A stretch of 64,000 nucleotides of DNA from Marsupella aquatica (taxonomy: Eukaryota > Plantae > Marchantiophyta). Numbering within the stretch: the first letter of the stretch is position 1; each line of letters opens with the position of its first letter. Below are positions 60,572 to 64,000 of this stretch, piece after piece. The position numbers and the translations under genes are program-made. The notes beneath the pieces are model-generated. The model did not search any database. It was not told where the DNA came from and was given only the letters and a program-made list of their open reading frames with translations. Where the stretch lies: the NCBI GenBank assembly GCA_973895155.1, contig OZ316896.1, forward strand, positions 19,890,754-19,954,753, given 5' to 3'.

Positions 60572-63500
60572 CTAGTTGGCAGTGAGAGCGGCTTTAATTG
60601 ATTTGACTCCAGTAAAGGTTCTGTGTTTCTCAAATTTGAGGCGACTTAGTGGCTTGGTGAGCAAGTCAGCAGGATTATCAGCAGAATTAATGTAAGAAAG
60701 TGAAATTTCCCTTTCAAGCACACGTTCACGAATGAAATGGTGTTTCCCCTCTATGTGCTTGGTCCTGGCGTGAAAAACTGGATTGCGAGCGAGTTTTATA
60801 GAGCCTTGATTATCACAGTGTAGGTGAAGGTCAAGAGCAGAGGGAATAGCTGCTTGCGAAAGATCTTGCTGAATAGACGGGTTGGAAAAGGTAAGAGGAA
60901 CCTGGAGAGAGGAGTCGGAGCTGAGCTCAGAGAGTAGACGACGAATGTAGACTCCTTCCTTTGCTCCCTCAGAGAGCGCTTTGTACTCCGCTTCAGTGGT
61001 ACTGTCTGAAACAGTAGGTTGTTGCTTGCTAGACCAGGAAATTGGGCCCGAAGCGAGTTGAAAGAGATAAGCGCCAATGGAACGACGAGTTTCAGGGCAG
61101 CCCAAGAAATCAGCATCGGTAAAGCCAGTAAGAAGAGGGCAGGGAGATTTTTGATAATGAATACCGTAGTCAGTCGTGTGACTAAGATAGCGAAGAATGT
61201 GTTTGACAGATTCCCAGTGACTTTGTTGAGGCCGAGTCATGTAGCGACTAACGATGCCGACAGCATAGGCAATGTCGGGACGAGTGTGAGTGAGAAATAT
61301 AAGTTTCCCAACTGCATGACAATAATCAGAGACATCCACAGGAGGTGTATTTGTGTCTGACGTGAGAACATGGCCTTTAGGAAGAGGAATAAATTCAGGT
61401 GTGCCCCCGGTCATGCCGTATTCAGCAACAAGTTGTTGGCAGTAGGAAGTTTGGTGTAGAAATAGCCCAGCAGACGTACGTTGGAATTCAATGCCCAGAT
61501 ATTTTTGGACAAGACCAAGGTCCTTCATGTCGTATCGATTGTGGAGTTGAGATTTGATCTCAGCAATTTTCTCCGAATCGCTACCAGTGACTAGGAGGTC
61601 GTCCACGTAGAGCATGAGAATCACAATAGATGAGCCTTCACGAAGGAAGTATAAGTTGCTGTCAGCCATGCTCCTGGTCCATCCGGAAGCAATCAGATAG
61701 GAATTTATTTCTTCGTACCAGGCACGGGGTGATTGCTTGAGGCTGTAAAGGGAGCGGCGAAGACGACAGACCAGATGTTCTTGCCCGGGAACCTCAAATC
61801 CATGTGGTTGTTGCATATACAGCTCTTCGGTGATGGTGCCGTTGAGAAAGGCAGTGATCACGTCCATATGGTGTAGGTCCCAGCCGTTTGCCACAGCCAG
61901 AGCGATAACAGTCCGTAGGGTGGACCATTTTACAACGGGAGCAAAAGTCTCTAAATAATCAACACCATAACGTTGTTCGAGACCACGAGCAACAAGTCGT
62001 GCCTTTAGCCTGAAGTGAGTTGGATGCAGACATGGCTTGGAGCGAAGAACCCACTTAGCAGACAAAGCACGTTTACCTGGTGGAAGTGGAACCAGATCCC
62101 ATGTGCCCATCTTGATGAGCGCATCAAATTCCTCCTTCATAGCTGCTCGCCATAGGGGATGGGCAAGAGCTTCGGTAACACTGATGTCGTCAGACTCAGG
62201 TTGAGAGGATTCCACAAGGAATGTGTCAAGCTGATCAGCCCGATTGGTCATGTCATAGTCGTTATGCCAAGATGGAGGGCGTCTGACACGGAGAGAATGA
62301 CGAGTGGTAGGAGCATGAGAGTCGGGGAGCTCGGTGTAGTCAGGAATCTCGATGTCAGCATCCGGAGGCACAGGCGGAACGAGCTCAACACCGTTAGGGG
62401 CAGCGACAGAGTTGTCATCAGTTGGGGCAGCAGCAGAGTTGTCGATGGTAGCTACCCCCTCTTGGTCAGGAGGACCAACAAAAGGTTCACCAAGCAAGTG
62501 TTGAAAGATCTTGGTGACAGCAGCATGATTAGAGGGGAAGTCCCCACGGATAGACTCATGAATGCTAACATTGGAGGCAATGATAATACGCCTTCGAGAG
62601 GGGTCATAGCAACGATATGCTTTAGATTGTTCATCGTATCCTAGCAGGACAGTCTGGAGGGTCTTGGCGCTGAGTTTAGTGCGTAAGTGAGGAGGAACAA
62701 GAACATAAGCAAGGCTGCCAATAACACGGAGATGTGAAAGATCTGGTTTCTTACCGTGTAAAGCTTCGAATGGGGTTTGCAGGTGAAGTGCCCGAGTGCC
62801 GCAACGATTTTGTGTATAGTTAGCAGTGCGAACAGCTTCAGTCCATAAGGAGATGGGAATATTAGAGCTGAGGAGAATGCTCCTGGTGCCCTCAAGGAGG
62901 GTACGATTTTTTCGTTCGGCCACTCCATTCTGATGAGGTGTGCGAGCCACGGTCAGCTGACGACGGATGCCGTGTTGTCGACAGAAGGCACGAAATTCGG
63001 TGGATAGGTACTCACCTCCGCGATCGGAACGGAGACATGAGATCGGAAGCGAGAATTGCTTCTCGACAAGAAGCTTGAATTCCTGGAAACGTTGGAAAGT
63101 TTCGGCTTTACTAGAAAGGAAATAAACCCAGGTAAATCGAGAGAAGTCATCTATAAACGTGAGTATGTATTTTTGAGATGTGGAGACAGGAAAAGGACCA
63201 CAAAGGTCAGAGTGAATAATCTCCAAAGGGCGAGAAGTACGAGTAGCAGACGACTTGGGTGTCTTGTCGCGATGATGTTTGGCGACAGTACAAGTTTCAC
63301 AAGACCGTTTGACTCTCGGTAAAGATGGAAGACCGAGAGCAAGACCGCGATGAGACATATGGTGGACCATTTGAAAGTTCACGTGACACAGACGTCGGTG
63401 CCATAGATCGACAGGACAGTCTGAGGGAGAAGATTCAACACTAAGTACAGGTGCAGATTGAGATAGAACCCGAGGTAGTAGGCGGGAGGAGGTTGATGAG

Positions 63501-64000
63501 GGTGGAATAGATGGGAGAGACTGGGTTAACCGATATAGATGATTTGCGGGGTCCCTAGTGCCGCGGAGAAAGATTTTGTGAGGGTTATCTTTGTCGAATA
63601 CAAGGCAGGACTTGGAATTAAACATAACATTATGACCAGCATCAGTGAGATTACCTACGGACATAAGATTACGACAAAGACCGGGCACATAGAGAACATT
63701 GCGGACTGTTTTATTTGTATCAATGTTGACAGTACCGTGTCCAGCAACAGGAAGTTTGGTACCACTTGCAGTGGCGACCGATCCTGAGCTAGTAGACGGA
63801 TTTAGTCCAGAGAAGACAGACTTGTCGCCAGAGACATGGACACTAGCTCCTGAGTCTAAGATCCAATTACTAGATTCGCGACTAGGAAGAATCTCAGTGA
63901 AATTGGCTTCAAGAGCAGTGTTACTGGGTTCGCCTTCGCCTTCTTCTTCCTCTTCGTAGAAATCTTCGTCCTCATGAGAGATCTCAGCAACGTTGGCTTG
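60572..64000 (-). CDS. Copia gag-pol polyprotein (protease, integrase, RT, RNase H), 5' part outside the window
   Basis: WILDSGAS (protease), WHRRLCH..CETC, IHSDLCGP, RSDRGGEY, PHQNGVAER (integrase), KARLVARG, LYVDD (RT), TDADF, CDNQ, KHIE, NPADLLTK (RNase H); no stops. Confidence 0.97.
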   Translation of the reverse strand, partial: QANVAEISHEDEDFYEEEEEGEGEPSNTALEANFTEILPSRESSNWILDSGASVHVSGDKSVFSGLNPSTSSGSVATASGTKLPVAGHGTVNIDTNKTVRNVLYVPGLCRNLMSVGNLTDAGHNVMFNSKSCLVFDKDNPHKIFLRGTRDPANHLYRLTQSLPSIPPSSTSSRLLPRVLSQSAPVLSVESSPSDCPVDLWHRRLCHVNFQMVHHMSHRGLALGLPSLPRVKRSCETCTVAKHHRDKTPKSSATRTSRPLEIIHSDLCGPFPVSTSQKYILTFIDDFSRFTWVYFLSSKAETFQRFQEFKLLVEKQFSLPISCLRSDRGGEYLSTEFRAFCRQHGIRRQLTVARTPHQNGVAERKNRTLLEGTRSILLSSNIPISLWTEAVRTANYTQNRCGTRALHLQTPFEALHGKKPDLSHLRVIGSLAYVLVPPHLRTKLSAKTLQTVLLGYDEQSKAYRCYDPSRRRIIIASNVSIHESIRGDFPSNHAAVTKIFQHLLGEPFVGPPDQEGVATIDNSAAAPTDDNSVAAPNGVELVPPVPPDADIEIPDYTELPDSHAPTTRHSLRVRRPPSWHNDYDMTNRADQLDTFLVESSQPESDDISVTEALAHPLWRAAMKEEFDALIKMGTWDLVPLPPGKRALSAKWVLRSKPCLHPTHFRLKARLVARGLEQRYGVDYLETFAPVVKWSTLRTVIALAVANGWDLHHMDVITAFLNGTITEELYMQQPHGFEVPGQEHLVCRLRRSLYSLKQSPRAWYEEINSYLIASGWTRSMADSNLYFLREGSSIVILMLYVDDLLVTGSDSEKIAEIKSQLHNRYDMKDLGLVQKYLGIEFQRTSAGLFLHQTSYCQQLVAEYGMTGGTPEFIPLPKGHVLTSDTNTPPVDVSDYCHAVGKLIFLTHTRPDIAYAVGIVSRYMTRPQQSHWESVKHILRYLSHTTDYGIHYQKSPCPLLTGFTDADFLGCPETRRSIGAYLFQLASGPISWSSKQQPTVSDSTTEAEYKALSEGAKEGVYIRRLLSELSSDSSLQVPLTFSNPSIQQDLSQAAIPSALDLHLHCDNQGSIKLARNPVFHARTKHIEGKHHFIRERVLEREISLSYINSADNPADLLTKPLSRLKFEKHRTFTGVKSIKAALTAN

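Larger units (their letters stand above)
59630..64000 (-). mobile_element. Ty1/copia LTR retrotransposon, 3' portion; continues beyond the window
   Basis: 3' LTR, polypurine tract and uninterrupted pol in PR-IN-RT-RH order. Confidence 0.95.

Overview
Eukaryotic land-plant genomic DNA with GT-AG introns; gene content and style suggest a bryophyte such as a liverwort, which is inference only. Six ordinary host genes can be spliced together: an SDR reductase, a DUF6737 plastid protein, tRNA-dihydrouridine synthase DUS1, SURNod19, a CYP71-clan P450 and a CENP-V/GFA protein. They are interspersed with SINE/MITE fragments and minisatellites. The main point of interest is a ~13 kb transposon-like unit (about 38.0-51.1 kb) with two head-to-head genes. 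One is a DUF7869/Sola-like DDE/D transposase with two N-terminal Tnp1/En/Spm-like domains and a C-terminal BAH-like domain. The other is a five-exon gene reconstructed at ~1,712 aa that appears to fuse a ParB/Srx-like domain, a beta-class (N6_N4) DNA amino-methyltransferase fold, an FCP1-like HAD phosphatase and a CCCH zinc finger. A 21-bp palindrome (GGGTCGCTC-N3-GAGCGACCC and variants) recurs about nine times, all seen inside this cargo gene and mostly in its introns, like a parS/operator array. All four frameshifts in the unit fall in homopolymers or a microsatellite, as does one in the host SDR gene, so the unit may be nearly intact. The window ends in an apparently intact Ty1/copia element carrying an extra antisense ORF with an RNase H1 N-terminal (viroplasmin) hybrid-binding domain. 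All domain calls are by eye from motifs and need HMM or structure confirmation.
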